A stretch of DNA of 64,000 nucleotides from Eledone cirrhosa (GCA_964016885.1 OZ024747.1:60326001-60390000); one strand, 5' to 3'. Counted from the stretch's first letter, positions 35,760-48,612 are shown. Translations and numbers: made by a program. The notes: generated by a model from the letters alone, not told the origin.

Positions 35760-35935
35760 GCAGTGGAGACTTCTGGTGTCCATGGCTCTAGGACCACCTC
35801 CCTACTCACCACAATCAGCACGGAGTTGGCTAACCGTAGGTGTGAACCTCGCGAGCTGGAATGGCTCTGCCAATGTGTCTCCCTCACCATCCTCCGTGGA
35901 AATACCATCTCTATTCTCTCAGCCACAGGGCAGCC
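35760..35935 (+). mobile_element. CRE-clade non-LTR retrotransposon C-terminal fragment (restriction-like endonuclease end)
   Basis: AVETSGVHG...LTTISTELANRRCEPRELEWLCQCVSLTILRGNTISIL resembles the E..G.WG...EPRE..FL.QR.S.AI.RGNA..IL C-terminus of CRE elements. Confidence 0.7.
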
Positions 35936-36066
35936 AGCATGTTGCCCCCCCCCCCATTTGCTTATAATAGTGAGAGATGGGAAGAGCAAGAGAGACGGAG
36001 GCAACTAGAGTCTCTATTGCTTTAACTGCTGCTGTAGATATATAGTTTCAATCTCTTCATCCTTAA

Positions 36067-36500
36067 CCCTTGAGCATTTAAACCGGCCATATCCAGCCAG
36101 AATTCTCTCACCTCTTTCTGTTCAAACCAGCCCTAACTGACCTCTCATACTTGCATTGAGGTATTGTTCTCAAAATAAATAACATCAAAATCTTGTAGAT
36201 TCAATATTATGTGAGATATTATGTGAGGTAAAGCCTTTACTATGAAAATACAATAGTAAATAATAGTATATATAGAATAATGTAAATACTTGTTTCTACT
36301 TTAGGCACAAGGCCAGCAATTACCCAGTGCATTACTGGTACTTTATTTTATCGACCCCGTAAGGATGAAAGGCAAAGTTAACCTCGGCGGGATTTGAACT
36401 CAGATCGTAAAGGGACGTAACTATGCTTGAAAGCATGGCGTCCGACCCTCTACCGATACTGCCAATCCACCGCCCTTAGAATAATGTAAATACTAAAGGA
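36067..36500 (-). mobile_element. piggyBac-type MITE family 1, split by a SINE
   Basis: TTAA|CCCTTGAGCATT...AATACTAAAGGA|TTAA. Confidence 0.8.
36291..36476 (-). mobile_element. Young SINE A with perfect 18-bp TSD
   Basis: TAGAATAATGTAAATACT at 36273-36290 and 36477-36494. Confidence 0.92.
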
Positions 36501-36759
36501 TTAAACACCTCGTATTCCTGCATGTGATATGATTCACTATGTTGTTTACTTTTCTCAGCAGGATGAAAGAAACTGGGAGAGCGCACTTTCAATGCCCCTG
36601 AGACAACAGTAATCTGGGGTTTTGTTGGGGGTTTCTCCCTAAAATTACCCTAAAGACCTCCACTATTGGGGAACTGGTTATTGTTGACATTTATTATTGG
36701 CTTATATTGTTATGTAAATTTATTATAATTTCTATTATTGTTATTTCTATGTTTTCTCG

Positions 36760-37200
36760 CTGGTGATGTCTCTATAGTGACCTACATTCCGCGGGCTCAC
36801 ATACATTCTCTATGCGTGATTTGGCTCAGTTCAGCCAATCAGCGCCAGTAGAAGAGGATGTATCCCTACGCGCCCTGAGGAAGAAATTCCCCGCGAAGAT
36901 TTGAAGAATCTCTCTCTTGTACCGGAAACTTCAAGCCAGCAACACGCATAATGTAACGGTGAGATCTTGCACCCTAGCCTCGCCGGCTTAATGGCGCAAT
37001 GGCACATTCCCTTTTGTAACCTCTTTTTATCTGTAACTTCAACCATATAAGTTAACAAACATTGTTTGTGCCACATCAAAAATAAACATACATTTCATCT
37101 CTAATTACTGCTGTTGAAATCATTATTATGTTACTCGTGTCTCAATAACATCTATAATCCATGCTGCTGGAATTGGCGACCTGACGAAAGGAATATTGTA
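36760..37200 (+). mobile_element. Possible LTR remnant with PBS-like site
   Basis: CpG-richer segment with CCAAT, AATAAA (~37081) and TGGCGACC (~37174). Canonical TG...CA ends are not clear. Confidence 0.3.
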
Positions 37201-37449
37201 AATAGATCGAGGGACCTTCCCTCACGTCTATGTCAACAAGATAATCCAACGAACATACTATCACTTACCACACTGGCAACTAACGACCATCAAGAATCCA
37301 TACTGCTAAATCTCCTTTCCTTTACTTGATACAAACCCTCATTCAGTGTTGTATTGACCTCAATGACTTGAGCTCCTGTAATCAGCAAACTCCATCATAA
37401 AGATCATGCTACTGCCTTCTGTTGGCTGGGAAAGACGGGCAGTTTTTGT

Positions 37450-40348
37450 CTACAAGGTGGCCATGGTGAAAAAGGTTGTGTAGTGTGGTCACATTTGGAA
37501 AGGTTGAAGACTAGTATATTTGTGTTTGGCAAAGCCCTGATTAACTTTTTCAGGTTTCATTTGAAGAGGAAAATCAGGGTCGAGAGAAAAGTGTTATCTT
37601 CCAACTGAAAGGTAGGTGAGAGAGGAGAGCATGGCCCAAATAAATGGGTCTGGGTGAGAGAAGTGAGCATGGGCAGAGTAAATGGGTCTAAGTGGGTGAG
37701 AGAAGTGAGCATGAGCAGAGTAAATGGATCTGAGTGGGTGAGAGAAGTGAGCATGGGCAGAGTAAATGGGTCTAAGTGGGTGAGAGAAGTGAGCATGAGC
37801 AGAGTAAATGGATCTGAGTGGGTGAGAGAAGTGAGCATGGGCAGAGTAAATGGGTCTAAGTGGGTGAGAGAAGTGAGCATGAGTAGAGTAAATGGATCTG
37901 AGTGGGTGAGAGAAGTGAGCATGGGCAGAGTAAATGGGTCTGAGTGGGTGAGAGAAGTGAGCATGGGCAGAGTAAATGGGTCTGAGTGGGTGAGAGAAGT
38001 GAACATGGTCTGAGTAAATGGGTCTGAGTGGGTGAGAGATGTGAGCATGGGCAGAGTAAATGGGTCTGAGTGGGTGAGAGATGTGAGCATGGTCTGAGTA
38101 AATGGGTCTGAGTGGGTGAGAGATGTGAGCATGGTCTGAGTAAATGGGTCTGAGTGGGTGAGAGAAGTGAACATGGTCTGAGTAAATGGGTCTGAGTGGG
38201 TGAGAGATCTGAGCATGGTCTGAGTAAATGGGTCTGAGTGGGTGAGAGATGTGAGCATGGTCTGAGTAAATGGGTCTGAGTGGGTGAGAGATGTGAGCAT
38301 GGTCTGAGTAAATGGGTCTGAGTGGGTGAGAGATGTGAGCATGGTCTGAGTAAATGGGTCTGAGTGGGTGAGAGATGTGAGCATGGTCTGAGTAAATGGG
38401 TCTGAGTGGGTGAGAGAAGTGAGCATGGGCAGAGTAAATAGGTCTGAGTGGGTGAGAGAAGTGAGCATGGGCAGAGTAAATAGGTCTGAGTGGGTGAGAG
38501 AAGTGAACATGGTCTGAGTAAATGGGTCTGAGTGGGTGAGAGAAGTGAGCATGGGCAGAGTAAATGGGTCTGAATGGGTGAGAGATGTGAGCATGGTCTG
38601 AGTGGGTGAGAGATGTGAGCATGGTCTGAGTAAATGGGTCTGAGTGGGTGAGAGATCTGAGCATGGTCTGAGTAAATGGGTCTGAGTGGGTGAGAGATGT
38701 GAGCATGGTCTGAGTAAATGGGTCTGAGTGGGTGAGAGATGTGAGCATGGTCTGAGTAAATGGGTCTGAGTGGGTGAGAGATGTGAGCATGGTCGGAGTA
38801 AATGGGTCTGAGTGGGTGAGATATCTGAGCATGGTCTGAGTGGGTGAGAGATGTGAGCATGGTCTGAGTAAATGGGTCTGAGTGGGTGAGAGATGTGAGC
38901 ATGGTCTGAGTAAATGAGTCTGAGTGGGTGAGAGATGTGAGCATGGTCTGAGTAAATGGGTCTGAGTGGGTGAGAGATGTGAGCATGGTCTGAGTAAATG
39001 GGTCTGAGTGGGTGAGAGATGTGAGCATGGTCTGAGTAAATGGGTCTGAGTGGGTGAGAGATCTGAGCATGGTCTGAGTGGGTGAGAGATCTGAGCATGG
39101 TCTGAGTAAATGGGTCTGAGTGGGTGAGAGAAGTGAGCATGGGCAGAGTAAATGGGTCTGAGTGGGTGAGAGAAGTGAACATGGTCTGAGTAAATGGGTC
39201 TGAGTGGGTGAGAGAAGTGAACATGGTCTGAGTAAATGGGTCTGAGTGGGTGAGAGATCTGAGCATGGTCTGAGTAAATGAGTCTGAGTGGGTGAGAGAT
39301 GTGAGCATGGTCTAAGTAAATGGGTCTGAGTGGGTGAGAGATGTGAGCATGGTCTGAGTAAATGGGTCTGAGTGGGTGAGAGATCTGAGCATGGTCTGAG
39401 TAAATGGGTCTGAGTGGGTGAGAGAAGTGAGCATGGGCAGAGTAAATGGGTCTGAGTGGGTGAGAGAAGTGAACATGGTCTGAGTAAATGGGTCTGAGTG
39501 GGTGAGAGAAGTGAACATGGTCTGAGTAAATGGGTCTGAGTGGGTGAGAGATCTGAGCATGGTCTGAGTAAATGGGTCTGAGTGGGTGAGAGAAGTGAAC
39601 ATGGTCTGAGTAAATGGGTCTGAGTGGGTGAGAGATCTGAGCATGGTCTGAGTAAATGAGTCTGAGTGGGTGAGAGATGTGAGCATGGTCTGAGTAAATG
39701 GGTCTGAGTGGGTGAGAGATGTGAGCATGGTCTGAGTAAATGGGTCTGAGTGGGTGAGAGATCTGAGCATGGTCTGAGTAAATGGGTCTGAGTGGGTGAG
39801 AGATGTGAGCATGGGCAGAGTAAATGGGTCTGAGTGGGTGAGAGAAGTGAACATGGTCTGAGTAAATGGGTCTGAGTGGGTGAGAGAAGTGAACATGGTC
39901 TGAGTAAATGGGTCTGAGTGGGTGAGAGATGTGAGCATGGTCCTAGTAAATGGGTGTGGGTGGGTGAGAGAAGTGAGCACAGCCCAAGTAAATGTAAATG
40001 GGTCTGAGTGGGTGAGAGAAGTGAGCATGGTCCGAGTAAATGGATCTGAGTGGGTGAGAGAAGTGAGCATGGCCAGAGAAAATGGGTCTGTTCTGAGTAT
40101 GTGCCTGTAGATTGAAGAAGGACAACTGGGAGGGAGCACTCTCCTTAGTAGCCAAGATGACTGTGTGTTTTTTAGGCTTCATGAGTGACCCTTTTGGGGT
40201 ATTTGTTTTTTTTATTTTTTAAATATTTGTTATTTTTAGTTTTTGTTATAAACGTCTTACACACAACACCCCACACTGTATCATCCTGTGCCATCTCTAT
40301 TGTTTGCTTAATATCAGCCCTATGTGGCTAATAAAGAAACCATTATTA
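37450..40348 (+). mobile_element. Tx1/L1-clade LINE 3' end with an internal 42-bp array
   Basis: LINFFRFHLKRKIRVERKVLSSN before the array. GGGTCTGTTCTGAGTATGTGCCTGTAG (GSVLSMCL*), 3' UTR and AATAAAGAAACCATTATTATT after it. Confidence 0.8.
37625..40085. repeat. 42-bp minisatellite, about 58 units
   Basis: Unit GAGCATGGTCTGAGTAAATGGGTCTGAGTGGGTGAGAGATGT and variants. Confidence 0.95.
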
Positions 40349-40351
40349 TTT

Positions 40352-40745
40352 GTTTTAAGTTTCACTTGGAAAGGACAGTGATGGCGGAGAGAGAAGGTTT
40401 GCCCCACCCCCAGTACATTTCCTAAAGGGTGGGTGAATGTGGCGAGAATGGCCTGTATGAAGGGGCCTACTCTGAACATGCTCCTGTAGGTTAGTTAATC
40501 TGAGGAGGAGAGGGGTGCTCTTCTCAGGTGCCCTCGAATCATCAGGTGGTTCAGGATTGGTGTACCTGAGGCACCCCAGGGTGGTTATCCCCCCCCCCCC
40601 TATTGGGGAATATAATTTGTTATAATTTTATTGTTATTTATATTGTTTACACATTGATATATGTAAAAAAAAACCCACTGTTGCTGTCTTTATATCATCC
40701 CCTATATGTTGGCCCTTATGGCCAATAAATGAAACAATTATTATA
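40352..40745 (+). mobile_element. Tx1/L1-clade LINE 3' end (diverged)
   Basis: FKFHLERTV...WVNVARMACMKGPTLNMLL*, then CCCCTATTGGGGAAT and GGCCAATAAATGAAACAATTATT. Confidence 0.75.
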
Positions 40746-40769
40746 TAAAACACAATAATAATAATAATA

Positions 40770-41891
40770 ATGGTTTCTTTATTGGCCACAAGGGCTAACA
40801 TGAAGAAAAATATTACAGATGGCACAGAATGGTACAGGACGATACAAACTGGGTTTTGGCCGTGTAAAAAAGGTTATAACAAGAAGATAGAAATATCAAA
40901 AAAAGTTCAAACAACAAAAAATTCCCCAATAGGGGGGAAACTTCCGAGGGTCACTTGTGGCGAAAACCACACAAAAGACCACGGCCACCCTGACCACCAG
41001 GGCAAGCGCCCTCTCTGTTTTCCACTCCTCAGTCTACAGGCACATACTCAGAGCGGGCCCGTTCACTTGGACCAGACTCGCCACTTTCACCCACCTTTCA
41101 ACAAACTTATTTGAAGACAGCACTTGTCTCTCCACCCTGATTTTCCTCTTCAAGTGAAACTTGAAAAAGTTAATCAGGGATTGGCCGAAGAGGAAAGTGT
41201 CTGTCTTCAACCCTTTCAACCTTGTCCACCATACAATCTCTTTCGCCATGGCCACCAGGCAGATGAAAACTGCCTGCCCTTCCTCCTCCTTAAAGGAGGA
41301 CGGCGGGGATATCTGCACAATGCACTCAGTCGATAACTGGATCCGTCCTACACGTGACAGCAAATGTTCAACATAGCTCCACAAGTCAGCAATGCTCGGA
41401 CACTGAACGAGTGCATGCACAACGGTTTCGTCGCTCTGTGCGCATCTCGGACTGGTTCGGCTGATGGCACTTCTGAGCCTGTAGAGCTTATCTCGAACCA
41501 GCAATGCTCCCTGGTAGCACTGCCAGGCCAGGGATTTCTGGAAGTAGTCGATAGGCCCTAGGCTGAAAGTTCTCCTGAAGAGAGTGAACAGCTGATCGTC
41601 TTCGACGCCCAGGGTCTCCCCGAGAACGTTGTCACTCTTCCCCTCCACTAGTCCTCTATAGAACGCTGAGGTGGATGCTCCACCGATACTAGTGTCCAGC
41701 TAGTAGAAGGCTGTGAGCGCTTGGAGACATTCCAGCTTCCAAGCACTATCCCTCGGTCTTTTCCTGATCCAGGACTGCAGCTCCATTAATGAGATGAGCT
41801 GGGGAAAAGCATGTCTGGCAAACGGTGTCCACACCTGTTTACCGTCAAGGAAGCACCAGAGATGTCGCAGCCTCAGCGCGTGTTTGCGCAA
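40770..41891 (-). mobile_element. 5'-truncated Tx1/L1-clade LINE (ORF2 C-terminal zinc-finger region and 3' UTR)
   Basis: ORF 41034-41648: W..YQGAL.VRDKL...PRC...ETVVHALVQC (zf-RVT-like) ...FVERWVKV. Ends GGCCAATAAAGAAACCATTATTATT. Confidence 0.88.
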
Positions 41892-41904
41892 ATAATAATA
41901 ATAA

Positions 41905-42095
41905 TTGTTTCTACTTTTGGCACAAGGCCAGCAATTATCCCAGTGTATTACTGGTACTTTATTTTATCGACCCCCCGTAAGGATGAACGGCAAAGTTAAC
42001 CTGGTAGGATTTGAACTCAGAACATAAAGGGCCATAACTCCTATGCTGCAAAGCATGATGTCTGACGCTCTACCGATACTGCCAAACCACCGCCT
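41905..42095 (-). mobile_element. SINE A
   Basis: Full-length head and core. Confidence 0.85.
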
Positions 42096-42116
42096 TTATT
42101 ATTATTATTATTATTA

Positions 42117-42331
42117 TTGAGCCGGGAAGGGCAGGCAGTTTTTATCTGTCTGGTGGCCATGGCGAAAGAGATAGTATGGTGGACACGTTTGAAAGGGCTG
42201 AAGACGAGCACTTACCTCTTCGGTGATGCCCTGATTGACTTTTTCAAATTTCATTTGAAAAGGAAAATCAGAGTAGAGAGGGAAGTGCTCTCTTCCCATC
42301 ATTTTGTTGAAAGATGGGTCAATAAAGAAAG

Positions 42332-42368
<37 letters not shown>
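42117..42368 (+). mobile_element. Tx1/L1-clade fragment with the 3' UTR deleted
   Basis: SREGQAVFICLVAMAKEIVWWTRLKGL...FVERWV joined directly to AATAAAGAAAGC(ATT)n. Confidence 0.85.
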
Positions 42369-42370
<2 letters not shown>

Positions 42371-42499
42371 GTTTTATATTTTTATGTTTAAATTCAAAAT
42401 GTGAAATTTTTTTACAACTATTCTTCGCATTGTCAATCACTTCTGACAGATTTTCAATTGAAAATTAGTATGTGAATATTGTAATTGTGTAATAGTAGT

Positions 42500-43180
42500 A
42501 ACAGTTGTGGTGGTGGTGGGGGTGGGGGTCTGTAGTGGTGGGGTGTTGTTTGTTGTGGTGTGATGGTGAGGTGTTGTTGTTTGTGGTGGTGGTGAGGTGT
42601 TGTTGTTTGTGATGGTGGTGGTGGTGGTGGTGGTGAGATTTTGATTGTGGAGGTGGTGGTGGTGGTGGTGGTGATATTTTGGTGGTAGTGGTGGTGTTGT
42701 TGTTTGTAGTGGTGGTGGTGGTGGTGAGGTGTTGGCAGTGGTGAGATTTTGGTAGTAGTGGTGGTGTTGTTGTTTGTGGTGGTTGTGTTGTTGTTGTTGT
42801 TGTTGTTGTTTGTGGTGGTGGTTGTGAGATTTTGGTGTTGTCTTTGTTGTTGTTCTTGGTGATGGTGGTGAGATGTTGGCAGTGGGGACATTTTAGTAGT
42901 GGTGGTAGTGGTATTGTTGTTTGTGGGGGTGGTGGTGAGGTGTTAGCACTAGTGAAATTTTGGTGGTGGTGGTGGTGGTGGTGAGGTGTTAGCAGTAGTG
43001 AGATTTTGGTGGTGGTGGTGGTAGTGAGGTGTTAGCGGTAGTGAGATTTTGGTGGTGGTGGTGGTGGTGAGGTGTTAGCGGTAGTGAGATTTTGGTGGTG
43101 GTGGTGGTGGTAGTAGTGGTGAGAATTTGGTGGTGGAGTGGTGTTGGTTGTGGCAGCAGTAGTGGCAGTAGTTTTATTGT
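42500..43180. repeat. (GGT)n-rich tract with GTAGTGAGATTTTGGTGG subrepeats
   Basis: Directly visible. Confidence 0.85.
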
Positions 43181-43501
43181 TGCTTTTGTCGCTTCTATTG
43201 GTTGAAGTAGTTTGACAGAAGTATGTGTATGTGTAAGTGTGTGTATGTGTAAGTGTGTGTATGTGTAAGTGTGTGTATGTGTAAGTGTGTGTATGTATGT
43301 GTATATATATGTGTGTGTGTGTGTTGTATAATATGTTATGGCTTATTGAGATAGATGGTTCTGTTTGTTTTGTGATGGTTGGGGGTGAATGGGTGGTTGG
43401 TGCTAGTGGGGGGGGGGGGGGGTATTTTGTTTGTACACACTTATTCTTCACACATTTATATTCAGCTCATAATCTACATATGTATGTGTATACATACATA
43501 C

Positions 43502-43562
<61 letters not shown>

Positions 43563-43622
43563 CATACATATATACATATATATATATATACATACATATA
43601 TACATATATATATATACATACA

Positions 43623-43654
<32 letters not shown>

Positions 43655-43789
43655 CATACATATATACATACATATATATATCATCATCATCATCATCATT
43701 TTACGTCCGCTTTTCCCTGCTTGCAAGGGTGGGACATATATATATACACACATACACACATATGTATGTATGTATGTGTGTAAATATAT

Positions 43790-44580
43790 GTGTGTGCGTC
43801 TGTATAGATATATATGTATGTGTGTAGATATATCTGTGTGTGTATATAGATATATATGTATGTGTGTAGATATATCTATGTGTGTGTATATAGATATATA
43901 TATGTATGTGTGTAGATATATCTATGTGTGTGTATAGATATATATGTATGTGTGTAGATATATCTATGTGTGTGTATATAGATATATATGTATGTGTGTA
44001 GATATATCTATGTGTGTGTATATAGATATATATGTATGTGTGTAGATATATCTATGTGTGTGTATATAGATATATATATGTATGTGTGTAGATATATCTA
44101 TGTGTGTGTATAGATATATATGTATGTGTGTAGATATATCTATGTGTGTGTATATTGATATATATGTATGTGTGTAGATATATCTATGTGTGTGTATATA
44201 GATATATATGTATGTGTGTAGATATATCTATGTGTGTGTATATAGATATATATGTATGTGTGTAGATATATCTATGTGTGTGTATATTGATATATATGTA
44301 TGTGTGTAGATATATCTATGTGTGTGTATATAGATATATATGTATGTGTGTAGATATATCTGTGTGTGTATATAGATATATATACACACAGATATATCTA
44401 CACACATACATATATATCTATATACACACACATAGATATATCTATAGATATATATGTATGTGTGTAGATATATCTGTGTGTGTATATATATATATATGTA
44501 TGTGTGTAGATATATCTGTGTGTGTGTATATAGATATATATGTATGTGTGTAGATATATCTCTGTGAGTATGTATATACA
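43790..44580. repeat. ~44-46-bp TA/TG minisatellite with internal inversion
   Basis: Unit TAGATATATCTATGTGTGTGTATATAGATATATATGTATGTGTG. Inverted units at ~44380-44445. Confidence 0.88.
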
Positions 44581-44619
44581 TATATATATGTATGTGTATC
44601 TAAATATGTCAATGTGTGA

Positions 44620-44696
<77 letters not shown>

Positions 44697-45283
44697 CATA
44701 TATAGATGTGTGTGTGCATTGTAGATGTGTATGTGCCATCATGGAAAAAGGACATAAAACGGTGATGATGATGATGATGATATATATCTGTGTATGTAGA
44801 AGTGTGTGTTTATAAGTACAACTTGATACACTCACATATAAACATTGACAGATTTACCAATACAGCGTCACATCTCACATACACCATTGCACAGAAATAA
44901 AATGTCTACACACATCAGAGAGAATGAAAGAGTGTCTAAAGTAACAAATGCAATGTTACGTGCCAAGAATGATGCCAGTCACAATAAGTTTCCTATACAT
45001 TGATGATTTACCATCTTTGATATATTATCTTCTCAATGGGAATTATATTCTGGAAAATGGAAATGAGGGTATGCAGGATATGCAAATATACAAAATAGTA
45101 GAATATTAGAATATATATAGAATGGTAAATAGTAATGGTGGTTACCAATGTACTTGAAACTGACCCTGGTTCTACAAAACAAATCTGTTTGTTTATTTTA
45201 AAGTGTTTATAGTTATATACAAATCTCTCCATCATAATTCTATGTAAGAACTTTTCTTATCATCTTCTAACCAAATACCAACT

Positions 45284-45603
45284 TAACACTTTCATGACCA
45301 CATTTCTAATAAAATACGCTCTATTTTAATTAATTAATTAAGAATTTTCAGAGATTTACTACAATTATTAATTATTTCATTACTAAGATAGTAACTTAAT
45401 GTAAGGTTCTTTTATAAAATTATGTTGGGAGATTTTGATTTAAATTGGAATCCTTTAAAATGGGTGGTTTTGTCCAGGTTGGTAACTAAAGGGTTAAAAT
45501 AGCTGGTTTTATTTCATAGAACCAGAGCTAGTTTTGACCAAGTTGGTAACTAAAGGGTTAAAATGGGTGGTTTTATTTCATAGAACCAGAACTAAAGGGT
45601 TAA
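45284..45603 (+). mobile_element. piggyBac-type MITE family 2 with reiterated right end
   Basis: TTAACACTTTCATGACCACATTTC..., with ACTAAAGGGTTAA three times. Confidence 0.7.
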
Positions 45604-46219
45604 TCATGAAAAAGTTAGTTACCTTATTGAATCTTTCCAAATTCTCAATTATTTTCAAAAGATTTTAAAATTATAGGCAGTGTCTTTTAGAAATGTGTTA
45701 ATGAAAGAGTTAGACATGTTTATAAGTTGATGAAATCATTAGAGCAAAGGGGAGAAAAGTATTTGTAATATTTAGTTTCTGGTCTTTTTATTCTGAGTTT
45801 AAATTTCATTGAAATATTGAGGCTGACTTCACCTTTCATCCTTTCTGAGTTGATTAAAATTAAATGCTAGTCATGTACTGTTGTTGTTGTTGTTACAGCT
45901 CACACTTTTGTAACTTTGGCTGCTCTCCTATGATGTCACATATCACAGAAAGTTTCTCAGGTGATTTAATGATAATTAGGAAAAGACTCCCTGCCCTGAT
46001 AGACACCAGTCTGCTGTTGGTACTCTATTTTTTTCAGTTGAGTAAAATGAAGCATCTTGCTCAAGAAAACAAGTTGCACAATCCAGGAATTTAACCCATG
46101 ACCTTATATAAAGGGTGCTTTTATTTCATAGGATCGGAGCTGTTTTGGGCTTGATCTGTATCAAAAGAGCTAACCAAACTTATTGATTTCTAACAGAGAC
46201 ACTAGACCTTATAATTTGA

Positions 46220-46775
46220 GGGTAAATATGGCCCAGTCAGTGGGTTAATATGGCCCAGTCATTGGGTAAATATGGTGCAGTCAGTGGGTTAATATGGTGC
46301 AGTCAGTGGGTTAATATGGGCCAGTCAGCGGGTTAATATGGCCCAGTCAGTGGGTTAATATGGCCCAGCCAGTGGGTTAATATGGCCCAGCCATGGGTTA
46401 ATATGGCCCAGCCATGGGTTAATATGGCCCAGTCAGTGGGTTAATATCGCCCTGTCAGTGGATAAATATGCTCCAGTCAGTGGGTTAATATGGCCCAGTC
46501 AGTGGGTTAATATGGCCCTGTCAGTGGATAAATATGGCCCAGTCAGTGGGTTAATATGGTCCAGTCAGTGGGTTAATATGGCCCAGCTAGTGGATAAATA
46601 TGGTCCAGTCAGTGGGTTAATATGGCCCTGTCAGTGGATAAATATGGCCCTGTCAGTGGGTTAATATGGTCCAGTCAGTGGGTTAATATGGCCCTGTCAG
46701 TGGGTTAATATGGTCCAGTCAGTGGGTTAATATGGCCCTGCCAGTGGGTTAATATGGCCCAGTCAGTGGGTAGAA
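46220..46775. repeat. 22-bp minisatellite (AATATGGCCCAGTCAGTGGGTT)n
   Basis: About 25 units, directly visible. Confidence 0.92.
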
Positions 46776-47429
46776 GGTTAAAAATACTGGTGAAAAAGTT
46801 TTCATCAAATGCAGAATCAAACATTACCAGTGATCAGTATTTTCTGAAACATTACAATATTGATGAACTTGTCGTGTTTACTTCATCAAATATTGAAAAT
46901 GTCTTGTCTCAACATTATTTCATTATTTGCTCAGTTTTTGCAATAAAAATCTAACAAACAGGAAACTAGTGTTTTACTTTAAAGTAGAGGGAGGAGACAG
47001 AAGAGGGAAGAGAGAGAAGAGGAAGATGGAAGAGAGAAAAGAGGAAGCTGGAAGAGAGGGAAGAGACAGAAGAGGGAAGAGAGAGAAGAGGAAGCTGGAA
47101 GAGAGGGAAGAGACAGAAGAGGGAAGAGAGAGAAGAGGAAGATGGAAGACAAGTGGATAAATCAATGTTCATTTGTTTTATATAATAAAGTCCAAGTTTT
47201 GCTGTTTTTTTTTTTTATTTATATTTTTTATATTTTTAGATTAGAGTTTAAAAAGCTGAGTTTATTTGAAAAGTGCTTTGTTCAGATCGAACGGGGGGTG
47301 AGGGGAGGGGCAGGGAGTTAAAAGAAGGAGATGGGGAAGATGAAAGGGAGAAGAAAGAAAACTGATGCATTCATTAATTGAATTCTTTCATTGTCTTCAG
47401 AGGTTTTTATGTGGTGTTCATCAACATCA

Positions 47430-47454
47430 TCAGTATATATATATATATATGTAT

Positions 47455-47497
<43 letters not shown>

Positions 47498-47522
47498 CTG
47501 TGTGTGTATATATATATATATA

Positions 47523-47573
<51 letters not shown>

Positions 47574-47759
47574 ATATATATATGTATGTCTCTGTGTGTG
47601 TGTATATATATATATGTGTCTCTGTGTGTGTGCATATATATACATATGTGTCTGTGTGTATATATATGTGTGTGTATGTGTATATATATATGTGTGTGTG
47701 TGTATACATATGTGTGTGTGTATATATATGTGTGTGTGTGTATATATATATATGTATGA

Positions 47760-47802
<43 letters not shown>

Positions 47803-48157
47803 AGTGTATATATATATGTATATATGCACACACATTTATATATACATAAATTTATGTATGTGTGTGAGTGTATATAATTGTGTCTATAGATGTGTATATG
47901 TATGTATAGTTATGCCTTTTTTGTGTATATAGATGTGCATAAGTATGTTTCTGTGTCTGTATAAGTGTCTATATATGTGTGTATATGTATGAGTCTGTGT
48001 GTCTATATATATATATAGATTATCTATATAGTTATGTATATGCATGCCTGTCTATTTGAAGATGTATATATATATAGAGAGAGAGAGAAAGAGGGATAGA
48101 TAATATGTTGATGGGACCAGATATGTCTTGATATGTATATGTGACTCTGTCTGTAGA

Positions 48158-48200
<43 letters not shown>

Positions 48201-48421
48201 GTCTTGATATGTATGCGTGTGACTCTCTCTGTCAGTAGGTGTGTGTGTGTGTGTATATATATATATATCATCATCATATATATATATATATATATGTCTT
48301 GATATGTATGTGTGTGACTCTCTCTGTCAGGAGGTGTGTGTGTGTGTGTACATATATATATCATCATCATATATATATATATGTCTTGATATGTATGTGT
48401 GTGACTCTCTCTGTCAGTAGA

Positions 48422-48458
<37 letters not shown>

Positions 48459-48579
48459 GTCTTGATATGTGTGTGTATATATATATATATATGTCTTGAT
48501 ATGTATATATGTGACTCTCTCTGTCAGTAGATGTGTGTGTGTGTGTGTACATATATATATATATATATATGTCTTGATA

Positions 48580-48612
<33 letters not shown>

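Noticed and set aside
37557-40139. 275-583-aa minus-strand ORFs as a real repetitive protein
   Set aside because: They are the antisense of a LINE-derived 42-bp satellite, open in several frames at once, with no unique domain.
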